Shown: in pieces, positions 10,597-21,761 of the stretch
How the letters are laid out: each line of letters starts with the position of its first letter
Numbering within the stretch: the stretch's first letter is position 1
Assembly: GCA_965261545.1 (NCBI GenBank)
Contig: CBDHDF010000007.1
Coordinates: 539,488 to 603,487 of the forward strand
Length of the DNA: 64,000 nucleotides
Origin: Bdellovibrionales bacterium
GTDB lineage: Bacteria; Bdellovibrionota; Bdellovibrionia; Bdellovibrionales; UBA1609
Reading direction: 5' to 3'
Notes under the pieces: model-generated
Databases searched by the model: none
Seen by the model: the letters and a program-made list of their open reading frames with translations, nothing else
Told to the model about the DNA's origin: nothing
Translations under genes and position numbers: made by a program

Positions 10597-11040
10597 GTGG
10601 GGATAGTGACAAACCCCATGGGGTTTGTTAAAATAACGAGAGTGTATAATTTAGATTTAAATCTCATATTTTCTCTTTTGATTGCCTTTCAGGTTAAGCA
10701 CTTTGTGGCCGATTACCCCCTTCAATATGACTATATGATGCAGAAAATTGATATGACTTGGAGGTTTCTTATTCCTCTCGGCGTTCACTGTGCCATTCAT
10801 GCTCTATTAACTTTGGCGATTTGTTTGTATTTTGCTCCCCACTTGTGGTGGTTATCGATATTAGATTTTGTGATTCATTTTATTATGGATCGTATCAAAT
10901 CGGGGCCGAAGTATTTAGGTCGCTTTGATGATCCTGTCAAGCATAGCTTTTGGATTTGCTTGGGGCTGGATCAAATGATCCATCATTTAACTCACTATTT
11001 CATTGTGTGGTACATTTACACAAATATACATTTCTTGTAG
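10597..11040 (+). CDS. DUF3307-like membrane protein
   Basis: KHFVADYPLQ, H..IH, HFIMD, LGLDQMIH pattern. Confidence 0.8.
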   Translation: MGIVTNPMGFVKITRVYNLDLNLIFSLLIAFQVKHFVADYPLQYDYMMQKIDMTWRFLIPLGVHCAIHALLTLAICLYFAPHLWWLSILDFVIHFIMDRIKSGPKYLGRFDDPVKHSFWICLGLDQMIHHLTHYFIVWYIYTNIHFL

Positions 11041-11041
11041 A

Positions 11042-12436
11042 TCACTGATTGCCTATGTAGTGAACAATGGACCAATCCAATTTTTTTTTTGTTCCATCTT
11101 TTTGAAGAATTACAGGTTGACTGAGACTGAGAAACAAACCTGATGAACTCAAATAGGGAGGAGACTGGAGCTCCCCACTTAAATAGACAGCGTTTATAGC
11201 CTGGCCATTTTGAGGATTGATAATACACAGTTTACTCTTTCCACAGGGAGACCAGAGAAACCAGTCTCCAGTATTTTGGGTGAGTGGACGGGTGGGGTGG
11301 TGGGATAAGCGCATGGCTTGGATGAGGTTGGAGGTGGTGTGATGCTCTGTTTTCAAAACCCATTTCTTCTTTCCAGAGTGGCGGTCTATGGCCTGAAGGT
11401 AGGAATTTTTATCTAGAGCCACAATGAGTTCGTGTTTAGGAATATAGGTCAATGAGGCATTGATGGTTGTTTTCAGTGGGTGCTGCCAAATCTTATGGCC
11501 TGTCTTAGCATGCAAAGCGAATATCAATCCTTTTTTATCAGCGAGATAAAGGGCTTCTCCAACCACAGTCACCACAGTGTGTATGGGTGCTTCCATGGGA
11601 GTTGACCACGCCAAATCGCCACTGTGGCTATCAAAAGCCAAAACTTTATGGGTGCTATTGACAACAATGAGATCAAGCTGGGGATGAGCTGCTATGGAAT
11701 GGCCTGTGGGTTGAAATTCGTGTTTAGAGATCCACAGTAATTTTCCCGATCCTGGGTGGATCTTGGTAAGTTGAGCCTTTATTTTTTCTTTTGTGTGGAA
11801 TTGAGTTAAGGCATAGAGCCCATCTTTGAATAAGAGGGGTCGGGCTGAAAGGGGGGTGCGCAAGGCAAGAAACCACTGCATCTTGCCTGTTGTTTTGTGG
11901 AGGGAGTAGATATGGCCAGATGAAGAGGAAACAAAGGCAGAGTTTTTAGAAAAATCAGGTAAAAATAAATGAGAGGAGTCTTTTTGGGGTAGAGAAAAAT
12001 TCCACAATTCCGTACCATTTGTGTTAGAGGCAATGAGCCACTGGGGGTATATAAGATAGATTTGTTTATGAGCGAGAACCCAAGAGGTGGGGGGCTTCTT
12101 ATCTCCATGAAGGACTTTGGCCATTTTAAGTTTTACGCTCCCAAGAAATTTGGGAGAGGCCATTTGTCGATTTAAATAGGGAGCCGCGGAGAAACGATGG
12201 GCTTTGGTGTTCTTCCCGGTGCTCTCTCCGGCAATATCCTCCTCCCAAGGGAGAGGTTTTTCAGGAGGTTGGGGAAATATCAGGTGTTGGAAATTTGTGT
12301 GATGAAGATTGCTAGAAAGGGAGTCTGGAGAAAATAAAAGGGGGTTGAGCTTTAAAACAAAAAACATCACTCCCACAAAGTAGACGGGAAACATAAAGGA
12401 GCCAAATCTCCTTAGAGGACTGGATGGGTTTTTCAT
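11042..12436 (-). CDS. PQQ-like / BamB-like beta-propeller protein
   Basis: Repeated AL..xTG...W propeller blades; N-terminal hydrophobic segment. Confidence 0.75.
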   Translation of the reverse strand: MKNPSSPLRRFGSFMFPVYFVGVMFFVLKLNPLLFSPDSLSSNLHHTNFQHLIFPQPPEKPLPWEEDIAGESTGKNTKAHRFSAAPYLNRQMASPKFLGSVKLKMAKVLHGDKKPPTSWVLAHKQIYLIYPQWLIASNTNGTELWNFSLPQKDSSHLFLPDFSKNSAFVSSSSGHIYSLHKTTGKMQWFLALRTPLSARPLLFKDGLYALTQFHTKEKIKAQLTKIHPGSGKLLWISKHEFQPTGHSIAAHPQLDLIVVNSTHKVLAFDSHSGDLAWSTPMEAPIHTVVTVVGEALYLADKKGLIFALHAKTGHKIWQHPLKTTINASLTYIPKHELIVALDKNSYLQAIDRHSGKKKWVLKTEHHTTSNLIQAMRLSHHPTRPLTQNTGDWFLWSPCGKSKLCIINPQNGQAINAVYLSGELQSPPYLSSSGLFLSLSQPVILQKDGTKKKLDWSIVHYIGNQ

Positions 12437-13671
12437 GGCTCCTCCTTGGAAAGTTGATTCTTTTGATCAGGATTTGCTAAAGGGTCGGCCAGATAATCAA
12501 CAAAATCAACCAGAGAGTCAACCTGACATATATTTTCAAACTCAAACTCCCTGGTGTCATTGGAACTCAATATTTTTTGGGTTACAAAATAGCTAGTAAC
12601 TCCAGTGAAATCATGTTTACCCTCATACTTTTTACAAAGAGTTTTGGCTTTGTGAAAGTTCAATAGGGGGTGACAGGAACTCATGGATCCACTTTCATGA
12701 GTGCTAATAATGGACTGTTTAAAGTGGATAAAGTTATATTGCTCACAATGAATGTTTGCGCTGTAAGAGCTCAAACGTAGAGGGAATTTTTTAGGTAAAA
12801 TGGTTTCACTCCATAGGGGTAAGATTTGGATAACACCAAAAATAAACATGGTGGAAAGAGTCCACCATGGATGAGTTTCTGTCCCCCTATAGAAGGGTTG
12901 ATAAATATAATCTCGACCCTTTGCCTTTTCTTCGTAAAAGTTGATGGCGAGATAAAGCAGGCACAACATTTGAATAGATGCCACAAAGGGTGAAATGTAT
13001 ATCCAATAGAATAGGTGATAAGAAGCAAAAAGAAAGAAACTGAGGAGAAATTTCTTTGACCTCTTGGAAATCAATCCAAAGGGAAGTGTCAACTCAATGG
13101 CCACACAGGCTGCGGCAACCCACTCCACAGCTTTTATGGGCCAATCTGTAAGATGAATCGAAAGCCAAGATCCAGTAAACCAATCAGATTGAATCTTAAG
13201 CATTCCAGAGGCAAAGTACATAGAAATAATGAGAGTTGTGATCGTGTTTTTCTTATGTGGTACAAAGAAGAAGCAAAATTCAATAAAAAATAAGAAGCAA
13301 TGAATATTATCTGCCAATGTGTTATCGCTTAAGTAGAAAACCCATTTTGTTGTAAAACTTATTAGCAAAAGCCACCACCCAATGACCATGGTGAACCTGA
13401 AGCAAAGTAGAAAAAGAGCGAGAAGAGCAAGAACTCCATAGGCTGTAGTGATGTGGTGAGTGTAGGGGGAGAAAAAAGTTTGCCAGTTTTCACAAAAAGG
13501 TAGGAGACTCCAACAAATAGGAGCTTCCTGTGGGCTGGTAGAGGACCACTGAGACCACTGGGACCATTGGAGAGCTGTCACAAAATGGATAAAGCTAAGA
13601 AATATCCCCAAAGTAGTGAGAGATTTGGAACTCTTTATTTCTTCGTGGTGGGGTTTAAGCCATTGTATCAT
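12433..13671 (-). CDS. Multi-pass membrane protein, HTTM-like
   Basis: Many TM segments; YFASGMLKI..DW..G resembles HTTM-domain proteins; overlaps both neighbours by 4 nt. Confidence 0.55.
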   Translation of the reverse strand: MIQWLKPHHEEIKSSKSLTTLGIFLSFIHFVTALQWSQWSQWSSTSPQEAPICWSLLPFCENWQTFFSPYTHHITTAYGVLALLALFLLCFRFTMVIGWWLLLISFTTKWVFYLSDNTLADNIHCFLFFIEFCFFFVPHKKNTITTLIISMYFASGMLKIQSDWFTGSWLSIHLTDWPIKAVEWVAAACVAIELTLPFGLISKRSKKFLLSFFLFASYHLFYWIYISPFVASIQMLCLLYLAINFYEEKAKGRDYIYQPFYRGTETHPWWTLSTMFIFGVIQILPLWSETILPKKFPLRLSSYSANIHCEQYNFIHFKQSIISTHESGSMSSCHPLLNFHKAKTLCKKYEGKHDFTGVTSYFVTQKILSSNDTREFEFENICQVDSLVDFVDYLADPLANPDQKNQLSKEEP

Positions 13672-14225
13672 GCCGGAGTTCCTTGGGTTCGTCGGTAATC
13701 AAGAGCGTAATCCAAAGCTGAGAGTAGGCTGAGAAAAACGGTTCCCCATAGGATGATATAGCTCAGCATTTCGAGCCAGGACGAACCTATGTGTTTTCCA
13801 AAAAGCATAAGGGGCACGGCGATCATTTGAATGGCTGTCTTAGCTTTTCCCATGGACTTGGCAGCAATGACAATGTGGTTGGCCGCAGCCACAGAGCGGA
13901 GACCACCAATGAGAATATCTCGGGAGATGATAATAAAAATCATAAAAATATCAACAGAACCCAACTCATGGAGACATAAGAGAGCGGATAGCATTAAAAT
14001 TTTGTCGGCAATGGCATCCATAAATTTACCTAAGTTACTTTCACAGTTGTAAATGCGAGCGTAGTGGCCATCCAGCCAATCTGTGGAAGCAGCCACAATA
14101 AACAAACACATACCGAAGAGAAACCGGTGGGGAAGCCCCTCGTGAAGTATCATAAATAAAAAGGGGGCGAGTATCATACGCGTGTAGGTGATCCACATAG
14201 GTAGTGAACTTTTATAATCACTCAT
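13668..14225 (-). CDS. pgsA: CDP-diacylglycerol--glycerol-3-phosphate 3-phosphatidyltransferase
   Basis: CDP-alcohol phosphotransferase motif DWLDGHYAR...GKFMDAIADK; GKAKT. Confidence 0.92.
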   Translation of the reverse strand: MSDYKSSLPMWITYTRMILAPFLFMILHEGLPHRFLFGMCLFIVAASTDWLDGHYARIYNCESNLGKFMDAIADKILMLSALLCLHELGSVDIFMIFIIISRDILIGGLRSVAAANHIVIAAKSMGKAKTAIQMIAVPLMLFGKHIGSSWLEMLSYIILWGTVFLSLLSALDYALDYRRTQGTPA

Positions 14226-14255
14226 CGTATCCCTTTCTACGCAATATTCTGTACC

Positions 14256-14350
14256 ATGACCACATATGAGCTATGATTTATCACATGAGCTATGACAATT
14301 CACAAGAACTATAACAATCACAAGAGCTTATGACAATTCACAGGAACCCA
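14256..14350. repeat. Degenerate ~19-bp tandem repeat, about 5 units
   Basis: Consensus ATGACAATTCACAAGAGCT between divergent pgsA and glpX. Confidence 0.7.
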
Positions 14351-14440
14351 CATCATTATACTGTCAAAGACGGTGGAAATGTCAAAGGAAGGGATTGAAG
14401 GGGTGAGTGAAGTATGTCATGATCTCATGGAATCAGATCA

Positions 14441-15427
14441 TTGGAGGTTAGCAAAGTGGATCGTAATTTAGCTCTTGAATTAGTGAGAGTGACAGAGGCC
14501 GCAGCTTTAGCGAGCGCAAGGTATATGGGGCGAGGTGATGAAACTGCGGCTGACCAAGCGGCTGTGGATGCCATGCGCAGAGCCTTTCAGAAGGTCTATA
14601 TCAATGGCACTGTCGTGATTGGAGAGGGAGAGCGAGATCAGGCCCCTATGCTTTATATTGGAGAAAAGGTGGGTTTGGGAGGAGAATTATCTCCTGAAGT
14701 CGATATTGCCTTAGACCCCTTGGAGGGCACCACGATGTGTGCCAAGGGTGAAGTGGGTGCCATTTCAGTGATTGCTGTTGCCAAAAAAGGAGGCTTTCTT
14801 CATGCTCCCGATATCTACATGGGTAAAATGGCCTGTGGCCCTCGTTGTAAGAACCACCTTAGCTTTGAAAAATCTCCTGCAAAGAATATTCAAACCGTGA
14901 GCGAGGTGTTGGACAAACCTCTTTCGGATGTGACTGTTGTTATCTTAGATCGCCCTCGTCACAAGACTTTAGTTCAGGAGGTTCGAAAAACAGGGGCCCG
15001 CATTCGCTTTGTAAATGATGGGGATGTCTCTGCGGGAATTGCCACTTGCGGAGATCGATCTGGTGTGGATTTACTTTTAGGTATTGGGGGGGCTCCTGAG
15101 GGTGTTATCACCGCAGCAGCTATAAAGTGTTTGGGAGGTGACTTTCAAGGTCAGTTGGTTTTTTCCAAGGACGAAGAAAAAGAACGAGCTCTTCAAATGG
15201 GTATTCAAGATTTAAACAAAGTTTACACCATGGAAGAATTGGCCCATGGCCACGTTATGTTTTGTGGCACAGGTGTGACCGATGGGCCTCTGCTCAAAGG
15301 CGTGAGGACGATTCATAGCCATCGAGCCCAGACTCATTCCATTGTGATGCGCTCAGAAACTGGGACCACCAGGAATATTGAAGCGGAACACAACTTTAAT
15401 ATCAAGCCTCTTATTGAGACTTTTTAA
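14441..15427 (+). CDS. glpX: Fructose-1,6-bisphosphatase class II
   Basis: VRVTEAAA, VIGEGERD.APMLYIGE, DPLEGT, GGAPEGV. Confidence 0.97.
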   Translation: MEVSKVDRNLALELVRVTEAAALASARYMGRGDETAADQAAVDAMRRAFQKVYINGTVVIGEGERDQAPMLYIGEKVGLGGELSPEVDIALDPLEGTTMCAKGEVGAISVIAVAKKGGFLHAPDIYMGKMACGPRCKNHLSFEKSPAKNIQTVSEVLDKPLSDVTVVILDRPRHKTLVQEVRKTGARIRFVNDGDVSAGIATCGDRSGVDLLLGIGGAPEGVITAAAIKCLGGDFQGQLVFSKDEEKERALQMGIQDLNKVYTMEELAHGHVMFCGTGVTDGPLLKGVRTIHSHRAQTHSIVMRSETGTTRNIEAEHNFNIKPLIETF

Positions 15428-15615
15428 ATACTTGGACACCTTTTAAATTAAGTACTTATTTTTCTGATTAGGCCTTTAACTCCGGAAATTCACAGGATTA
15501 GCTTTAATATAGGTATATAAAAGGCGGTCAAAAACCTGAGTAGGCCAATATCTTCGCTTAAACCCAATCCTTACAATTCTAAACTACTGCCACCATCTTT
15601 CGGCGAGAATTGCTG

Positions 15616-15735
15616 TGACATGATTAATGTTATACCTATGCTTTTGAGGAGATGGCAATTTCTTAATCAAACTGAGGGCCTTCTCAGGCAATAATCAAGA
15701 CTTAAGTCCTATGCCTAGTAACTTTGGATTTCAGG
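15616..15735 (-). mobile_element. Decayed left end of an IS1634-type B-like element
   Basis: Aligns by eye with 3865-3990 (ends ...CCTAGTAACTTTGGATTTCAGG). Confidence 0.7.
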
Positions 15736-15875
15736 GTTGAACTTCAACCATTCCTCTCTTTACAGGGTTGCCAAAGCCATCTGGGAAATGAGTCAATACG
15801 GCCTCCCCATCCACGCCCATGAATGTTATGTATAAAAATAGAATTTATTAATAAATCCAGTATTATTAAATCTGC

Positions 15876-16400
15876 TTAAATACCTGCCTCGTGACGCTCT
15901 TTGTCATCCACGAGGCTGAGGATGCCTCCCTTGAGGTTGGGGCGATAGGCTAAGTAACGAATATCGTAGTTAAAGTCATTTCCATGGAGCCCAGGGGTTT
16001 GCCACTCAGGCCCCATTCGGATGGCATCCACAGGGCAAGCCTCCTCACAGAATCCACAATAGACACATCGGAGGATATCGATGTCATAACGGATGGGATA
16101 TTTCTCCACGGAGGGGTCATCGTGTTCGGCGGCCGTGATGGTAATGCACTGGGCGGGGCAGTGGGTGGCACATAGCATGCAAGCCGTGCAACGAATGGAG
16201 CCATCTTTTTTCACAGTTAAGATATGGTTGCCTTTAAAGCGAGGACCGTAGTTATACTTTTCCTCGGGATAATTGAGAGTGGGCATTTTTTTTCGGTGAA
16301 AGAAGTTTTTAATAAGCTTGCCCATGGTGAGCCTAAGTCCCTGGACAATTCCTGGGAAATACCAAAGGGAGGAAGCTGATTTTCTTTTGACCGCACTCAT
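15876..16400 (-). CDS. nuoI: NADH-quinone oxidoreductase subunit I
   Basis: Two CxxCxxCxxxCP motifs; T.NYPEE. Confidence 0.95.
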   Translation of the reverse strand: MSAVKRKSASSLWYFPGIVQGLRLTMGKLIKNFFHRKKMPTLNYPEEKYNYGPRFKGNHILTVKKDGSIRCTACMLCATHCPAQCITITAAEHDDPSVEKYPIRYDIDILRCVYCGFCEEACPVDAIRMGPEWQTPGLHGNDFNYDIRYLAYRPNLKGGILSLVDDKERHEAGI

Positions 16401-16430
16401 ATTAGATCCTTTCTCATATTATATCCTTTT

Positions 16431-18140
16431 TTATATTGTGTCCTTTCTGTGGACAAATTCATTAGAAATGGGAGTGGTTTGAAGATAAGGGGGAAAACTT
16501 AGCTCCCGGCCTCCAAGGAGTTGGCTAGCTTCACTGAGAGTGAGGGCACCTGCCACAACAGTGGTGATCGCTTTGATTTTCTGGTGGCGTCCTTCAAAGT
16601 TTATAAAAGTTCCCTCCTTTTCCACAAAGGTTTTCATGGGAATTTGCCATGTTTTTGATAAAACTTGAGAAACCTTATCCCTAGAAATCTCAGCCCTAGA
16701 AACCACATCTATATCTGTCACAGCATCTGTAGAAGGTTTGTTTGTGGAGGGTAGGGGGGTTGCTGAAAGCCATATCATGGAGTTCGCCTTGGAAAATTCT
16801 TTGATTCGGTCATTGAGATCGGGAAACACCGAGGGATTTTCAGGTCCAGCAACAATGAGTCCCTTGATTTTTTTGTTTTCTAATTTTGGGGAAAGCTTGG
16901 ACATATGGGATTTATCCCCAGAAAGACCTCTTTCCTCAAGAGCGGATTGAAGCCCCTTGGTATTGGGGTTTTTATCACCACGGAGAAGAAGTCCATCAAA
17001 CTCATCCCATTGTTCGGGATTGTTTACCCAGTGGTAAATATTTTGAGATCTGAGTTCGCCTGTAAAAAAATCCAAAATGTCTTTGTACTCCTCAGAGGTG
17101 TATTGCCCCGTAAGGACCAAAGCCAAAGCATCTGACCCTTCTTCTTCCAAGAGCTTGCGAAGCCAAACTCCTGATTCTTTGGCGGCCATTCCACTAGAGA
17201 GCTCTGTCCACTGTGAGTCTCCATGGGGACTCCATTGAGCTTTTGTGAGCCGGTGGTCTTTGTTGACAAACTTATAAACCTCCCGTCCCTTATCGCACAT
17301 CCAGTGTCCGTTAACATCTTGGTTAAAAACGGGTTGGACCCTAAAAAAACCTTCTTTGTTGAAAAAAGTGCGGATATGACAGCCCGTGGAACAGCCGGGG
17401 CAAATGGTTTCAGCATCTTTTAGATACCATACCCTTTGACGAAAACGAAAATCCTTGGAGGTGAGGGCTCCCACAGGGCAAATATCCACCGTGTTGAGAG
17501 CATAGTCGTTTTCTAGGGGGTTATCCTTAAAAGTGCCTATTTCACTACGGTCTCCGCGATTGAAAATTCCTAACTCGTGGGTCTTGGAAACTTCTTCAGT
17601 GAATCGAACACATCGCGAGCATAAAATACACCTCTCGGTGTCTAAGACAATTTTAGAGCCGAGGTCCACCACCTTGCGTTTTTTGATCTTGGATTCAGCC
17701 ATTTCGGGGTCGTATTGGCCAAATTTCATATATTGTTGCTGGAGGCCACATTCCCCGGCTTGATCGCAAATGGGGCAGTCCAAGGGATGGTTGATAAGGT
17801 GAAAGTCCATACCCCAACGGACAGTTTCTTTGACCTGTTGGCTTTGGTTTGTGATGACCATGCCATCTTTGATTTCTGTGTTGCAGGCAATTTGCAACCG
17901 AGGCACTCCCTCAATTTCAACCATGCAGAGCCGACAAACTCCCGCGACAGAGAGGCCGGGGTGCCAACAATAGTGGGCAATATCTGTTTCCAATTTTTTA
18001 TAGGCTTCTATAATAGTGGTGCCTGGGCTTACTTCTATGGGGTGGCCGTTGATGGTGCATCCAATAATGGGAGGTATATTAGGCGCAGCCTTAGGTATAT
18101 TAGGTGCACCAGTCTTAGGTATGTTAGACACATTAGGCAT
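16431..18140 (-). CDS. nuoG: NADH-quinone oxidoreductase subunit G (short form)
   Basis: HYCWH..LS.AG.CRLC, NHPLDCPICDQAGEC.LQ, CILCSRC, CPGCSTGC. Confidence 0.93.
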   Translation of the reverse strand: MPNVSNIPKTGAPNIPKAAPNIPPIIGCTINGHPIEVSPGTTIIEAYKKLETDIAHYCWHPGLSVAGVCRLCMVEIEGVPRLQIACNTEIKDGMVITNQSQQVKETVRWGMDFHLINHPLDCPICDQAGECGLQQQYMKFGQYDPEMAESKIKKRKVVDLGSKIVLDTERCILCSRCVRFTEEVSKTHELGIFNRGDRSEIGTFKDNPLENDYALNTVDICPVGALTSKDFRFRQRVWYLKDAETICPGCSTGCHIRTFFNKEGFFRVQPVFNQDVNGHWMCDKGREVYKFVNKDHRLTKAQWSPHGDSQWTELSSGMAAKESGVWLRKLLEEEGSDALALVLTGQYTSEEYKDILDFFTGELRSQNIYHWVNNPEQWDEFDGLLLRGDKNPNTKGLQSALEERGLSGDKSHMSKLSPKLENKKIKGLIVAGPENPSVFPDLNDRIKEFSKANSMIWLSATPLPSTNKPSTDAVTDIDVVSRAEISRDKVSQVLSKTWQIPMKTFVEKEGTFINFEGRHQKIKAITTVVAGALTLSEASQLLGGRELSFPPYLQTTPISNEFVHRKDTI

Positions 18141-19434
18141 TGAAAATATCTCCTCGGGTCGTCGATTTGACTTGGGATCGCCCCTCTTTCACAAAATATT
18201 CAAACTCATGGCGAAACTTTTGCACAAAACTCAAAGCGGGAAGAGCTGCCGCATCGGAAAGGGCACAAATGGTTTTTCCCATCATGTGATTGGATATTTT
18301 TTCAATAAGGTCAAGGTCTTGAAGTCGTCCCTCTCCGTTGACAATGCTTGTGACCACTTTGTGAAGCCATCCTGTTCCTTCCCGGCAAGGAGTGCATTGG
18401 CCACAGGATTCGTGGTGGTAAAAGTGCATCAACACTTTAAGGAGATCCACCATGCAATTAGAGTCGTCAATGACAATGATAGCTCCAGAGCCCAACATAC
18501 TTCCCATATCCTGGAGACACTCGTAATCCATGGTGGCTTTCATGGATTCTTCGTAGGTGAGCACAGGAGCTGAAGATCCCCCTGGAATCACGGCTTTCAG
18601 TTTTCGTCCAGGTTTCATTCCCCCACATTCTTTTTCAATCAGGTCTTTGAGTGGGTAACCCAAGGGGACTTCGTAGTTGCCAGGTTTGACCACGCTGCCA
18701 CTGACAGAAAAAAGCTTTGTCCCCGCCGATTTTTCAGTCCCTATTTTTTTGTAGACCGAGGCTCCATCTCGTATGATGTATTTGACTGCTGCTAAGGTTT
18801 CCACATTGTTAATAATGGTGGGTTGCCCCAAGTAGCCCTTAATGGCTGGGAAGGGAGGTTTGAGTTTGGGTTGTCCCTTTTTTCCTTCAAGAGATGATAA
18901 AAGCCCCGTTTCCTCACCACATATATAGGCGCCGGCCCCACTGTATACATCCATATCGTGGTCAAAGCCACTGTCGAGAATATTTTTTCCTAAAAAACCT
19001 GCTTCGTAAGCTTCACCAATGGCTTTTTTCACAACTTTCAGGGGTTTTTGAAATTCTCCACGAATGTAAATATAGGATTTGTGGGAGTGAATGGCAAAAG
19101 CGGAGATAATCATGCCCTCAATCAACTGGTGAGGGGCTCTTTCCATCATCATTCGATCCTTAAAAGTTCCAGGCTCTCCCTCGTCGGCATTGCAGATAAG
19201 ATATCTATAGGTTCCATTTTTGGCGATGGGAGGAAGAAAGTTCCACTTGACCCCCGTGGGAAAGCCAGCCCCACCACGACCTCGAAGTCCCGAAGCTTTC
19301 ACCTCGTCAATGATACTTTGGGGATCCATTTTGAGAGCTTGGGCAAGGACTTTGTATCCATCATATTTTTGATAGCCCTGGAGTTCGCAGAATTCAGTTT
19401 TGTCGTAGTACTTTGAAAGTAGTTTATGTTCCAC
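18133..19434 (-). CDS. nuoF: NADH-quinone oxidoreductase subunit F
   Basis: SGLRGRGGAGFP, NADEGEPGTFKDR, ESCGQCTPCREG. Confidence 0.97.
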   Translation of the reverse strand: MEHKLLSKYYDKTEFCELQGYQKYDGYKVLAQALKMDPQSIIDEVKASGLRGRGGAGFPTGVKWNFLPPIAKNGTYRYLICNADEGEPGTFKDRMMMERAPHQLIEGMIISAFAIHSHKSYIYIRGEFQKPLKVVKKAIGEAYEAGFLGKNILDSGFDHDMDVYSGAGAYICGEETGLLSSLEGKKGQPKLKPPFPAIKGYLGQPTIINNVETLAAVKYIIRDGASVYKKIGTEKSAGTKLFSVSGSVVKPGNYEVPLGYPLKDLIEKECGGMKPGRKLKAVIPGGSSAPVLTYEESMKATMDYECLQDMGSMLGSGAIIVIDDSNCMVDLLKVLMHFYHHESCGQCTPCREGTGWLHKVVTSIVNGEGRLQDLDLIEKISNHMMGKTICALSDAAALPALSFVQKFRHEFEYFVKEGRSQVKSTTRGDIFNA

Positions 19435-19518
19435 TTTTATGCTCCAGTTTATGTTCCATTTTTAGGCTCCTTATGCCCTTTTAGTTTCTTTTTATGTCCA
19501 TATTAGTGCACTATGTCA

Positions 19519-19995
19519 TCATTGACGCATGGATTCCAGCAGTTCCACAGCCTTTTCATGGGTGAGGTTTTCATGGTAGTCATCGTTGACCTGCATCATA
19601 GGAGCGGTGTCACAAGAAGCTAGGCACTCGACCTGAGAAACCTTAATAAAGCCATCTTTGCTGACTTCACCCAATTTCACTCCATATTTTTGGCAGATAT
19701 GGTAGGTGAGTTCGCGCCCTCCATTCATGGCGCAGGAAATATTGGTACACACTTGAACATGAACCTTTCCCACGGGCTGGGTGTTGAACATGGTGTAGAA
19801 GTTGAGAACTTCTTGGATCCATGCCGAGGGAATATCCATAAACTGACTGAGGGCTTCCACACACTCAGGACTGACCCACCCCCCATGGTCTTTTTGCACC
19901 CGAAAGAGGCTAGGGATAATTGCCGAACGCTTGGTCTCATAACGATTCATTTCACTTTTGATAAATTGAGCTGTTTCATCGGAAATTTTAAACAT
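19519..19995 (-). CDS. nuoE: NADH-quinone oxidoreductase subunit E
   Basis: FYTMF, CTNISC, ECLASCDTAP. Confidence 0.96.
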   Translation of the reverse strand: MFKISDETAQFIKSEMNRYETKRSAIIPSLFRVQKDHGGWVSPECVEALSQFMDIPSAWIQEVLNFYTMFNTQPVGKVHVQVCTNISCAMNGGRELTYHICQKYGVKLGEVSKDGFIKVSQVECLASCDTAPMMQVNDDYHENLTHEKAVELLESMRQ

Positions 19996-20078
19996 ATTCT
20001 TTTTTCACCTCTCGGTCTTTTCGATTTGTTTTCTTCAGCAACCCAGTGCGCCGTCCACCAATAAGTTCATGCCTCTCT

Positions 20079-21761
20079 TCAGCGATCCAATTCGCCGGCA
20101 ATCAAGTTCATGCTTCCCAAAATGGAGATGACATTAGCGACAAGTCCCCCCGTGATTTGGTCGGGAAAGGACTGATAAATGGCAAAGCAGGGAGGGCGCA
20201 CTTTCAAGCGATAGGGATTGGCTGTCCCATCACTGACCAAGTAAAAGCCAAGTTCCCCGTTGGCGGCCTCGGTGAAGTCGTAGGTCTCTCCTTCGGGAGG
20301 ACGCAAGCCGTTGATGACCAACATAAAGTGATTCATCAAACCTTCAATGTTACCGTAAACATCTTTTTTCTCAGGTAAAACAATATTTTTGTCGCGAATG
20401 GTATAATCGCCACCAGGAACATTGTTAGCCACTTGTTCAATAATTTTCAACGATTCTTTCATTTCTTCCACACGCACCAAATAGCGATCAAAAACATCGC
20501 CAGAAGTTCCGGTGGGTATTTTAAAATCCAAAGTTTCATAGCCGTAATAGGGGGCGGCCTTTCGTAGATCCAGGGCCACCCCCGCTGCACGGAGACAGGG
20601 TCCTGTGTAGCCCCAGTCAATGGCTTCATCGGCAGTGATGGCACCCACCCCCTCCGTTCTTTGAATCCATATTTTATTTCCAGAAAGGAGAGTTTCAATT
20701 TCTGAAATCCCCACATGCATTTCTTTGCAAAACTCCAAAACATTGTTAAACCAACCCTCGGGGGCATCCTGAGCCATTCCTCCCACGCGGGTCATCGAGA
20801 CAGTCAGACGGGCACCACAGAGTTTTTCAAAGAGAGTGTAGACTTTTTCCCGGTAGGTGAAGAGGTGGAAAAAACCTGTCAAAGCACCGAGATCCACGGC
20901 ATTGGCGGCAATGCAAACAATATGGTCAATAATTCTTGAAAGCTCACAGAGGATAATTCGCATGGCTTGAGCTCGAATGGGAATCTCCACGCCTAGCATT
21001 TTTTCCACGGCTTTGCAGTAGCCCACGTTATTCATGGGGGCCGAGCAGTAGTTGAGTCGGTCAGTGTAGGGAATCACTTGGTTGTAGGGGTGGGTTTCTG
21101 CCATTTTTTCAAAGCAACGGTGCAAAAAACCCAGTTCCACATTGGCTCTTTTTACAGTTTCACCGTCGAGTTCGCACATGATCCGAAGGGTGCCGTGGGT
21201 GGCGGGGTGAGAGGGGCCAATATTGAGGGGCATCAACTGTTTGTTGGGATTGGGGGTGTAGTTTTCCTCTCCCTCAAAGTGAATGGGAAGGGATTCTGTG
21301 CAATGTTGCTGAAGGTCTGCGGGGTAGTCCTTGCGCAGGGGGTGTCCTTGAAACTGATGGTGGGTTAAAATGCGAGTCATGTTGGGGTGGCCTTCAAACT
21401 CAACTCCGAACATGTCGTAGACTTCACGCTCAAACCAGTTGGCGGCACGCCAAACGGGAATGGCCGTGGGTACGGTTTCTCCTTCGGCCACAGAGGTTTT
21501 GATGCGAACACGCATTCCATTTCTCGTTGAAAATAACTCATAGGCCATATCAAAGCGTTGAGGTCGGTGGGGGTAGTCGGTGGCTGTAATATGTAGGAGC
21601 ATGTCAATTTTTTTTGTCACCTTGAGGTGCCTGAGAACATCGATGAGCTTGGACTTTTCTACGTAAATGACATCATTTCCGTAGGCATGGGTATATTGGA
21701 AAGAATGAGATGGATACTTTTGATTTAAATCTTGTTGTATTTGGCCAATCCCACCACTCAT
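20079..21761 (-). CDS. nuoCD: NADH-quinone oxidoreductase fused subunit C/D
   Basis: [28 protein letters not shown]-terminal GELDR. Confidence 0.96.
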   Translation of the reverse strand: MSGGIGQIQQDLNQKYPSHSFQYTHAYGNDVIYVEKSKLIDVLRHLKVTKKIDMLLHITATDYPHRPQRFDMAYELFSTRNGMRVRIKTSVAEGETVPTAIPVWRAANWFEREVYDMFGVEFEGHPNMTRILTHHQFQGHPLRKDYPADLQQHCTESLPIHFEGEENYTPNPNKQLMPLNIGPSHPATHGTLRIMCELDGETVKRANVELGFLHRCFEKMAETHPYNQVIPYTDRLNYCSAPMNNVGYCKAVEKMLGVEIPIRAQAMRIILCELSRIIDHIVCIAANAVDLGALTGFFHLFTYREKVYTLFEKLCGARLTVSMTRVGGMAQDAPEGWFNNVLEFCKEMHVGISEIETLLSGNKIWIQRTEGVGAITADEAIDWGYTGPCLRAAGVALDLRKAAPYYGYETLDFKIPTGTSGDVFDRYLVRVEEMKESLKIIEQVANNVPGGDYTIRDKNIVLPEKKDVYGNIEGLMNHFMLVINGLRPPEGETYDFTEAANGELGFYLVSDGTANPYRLKVRPPCFAIYQSFPDQITGGLVANVISILGSMNLIAGELDR

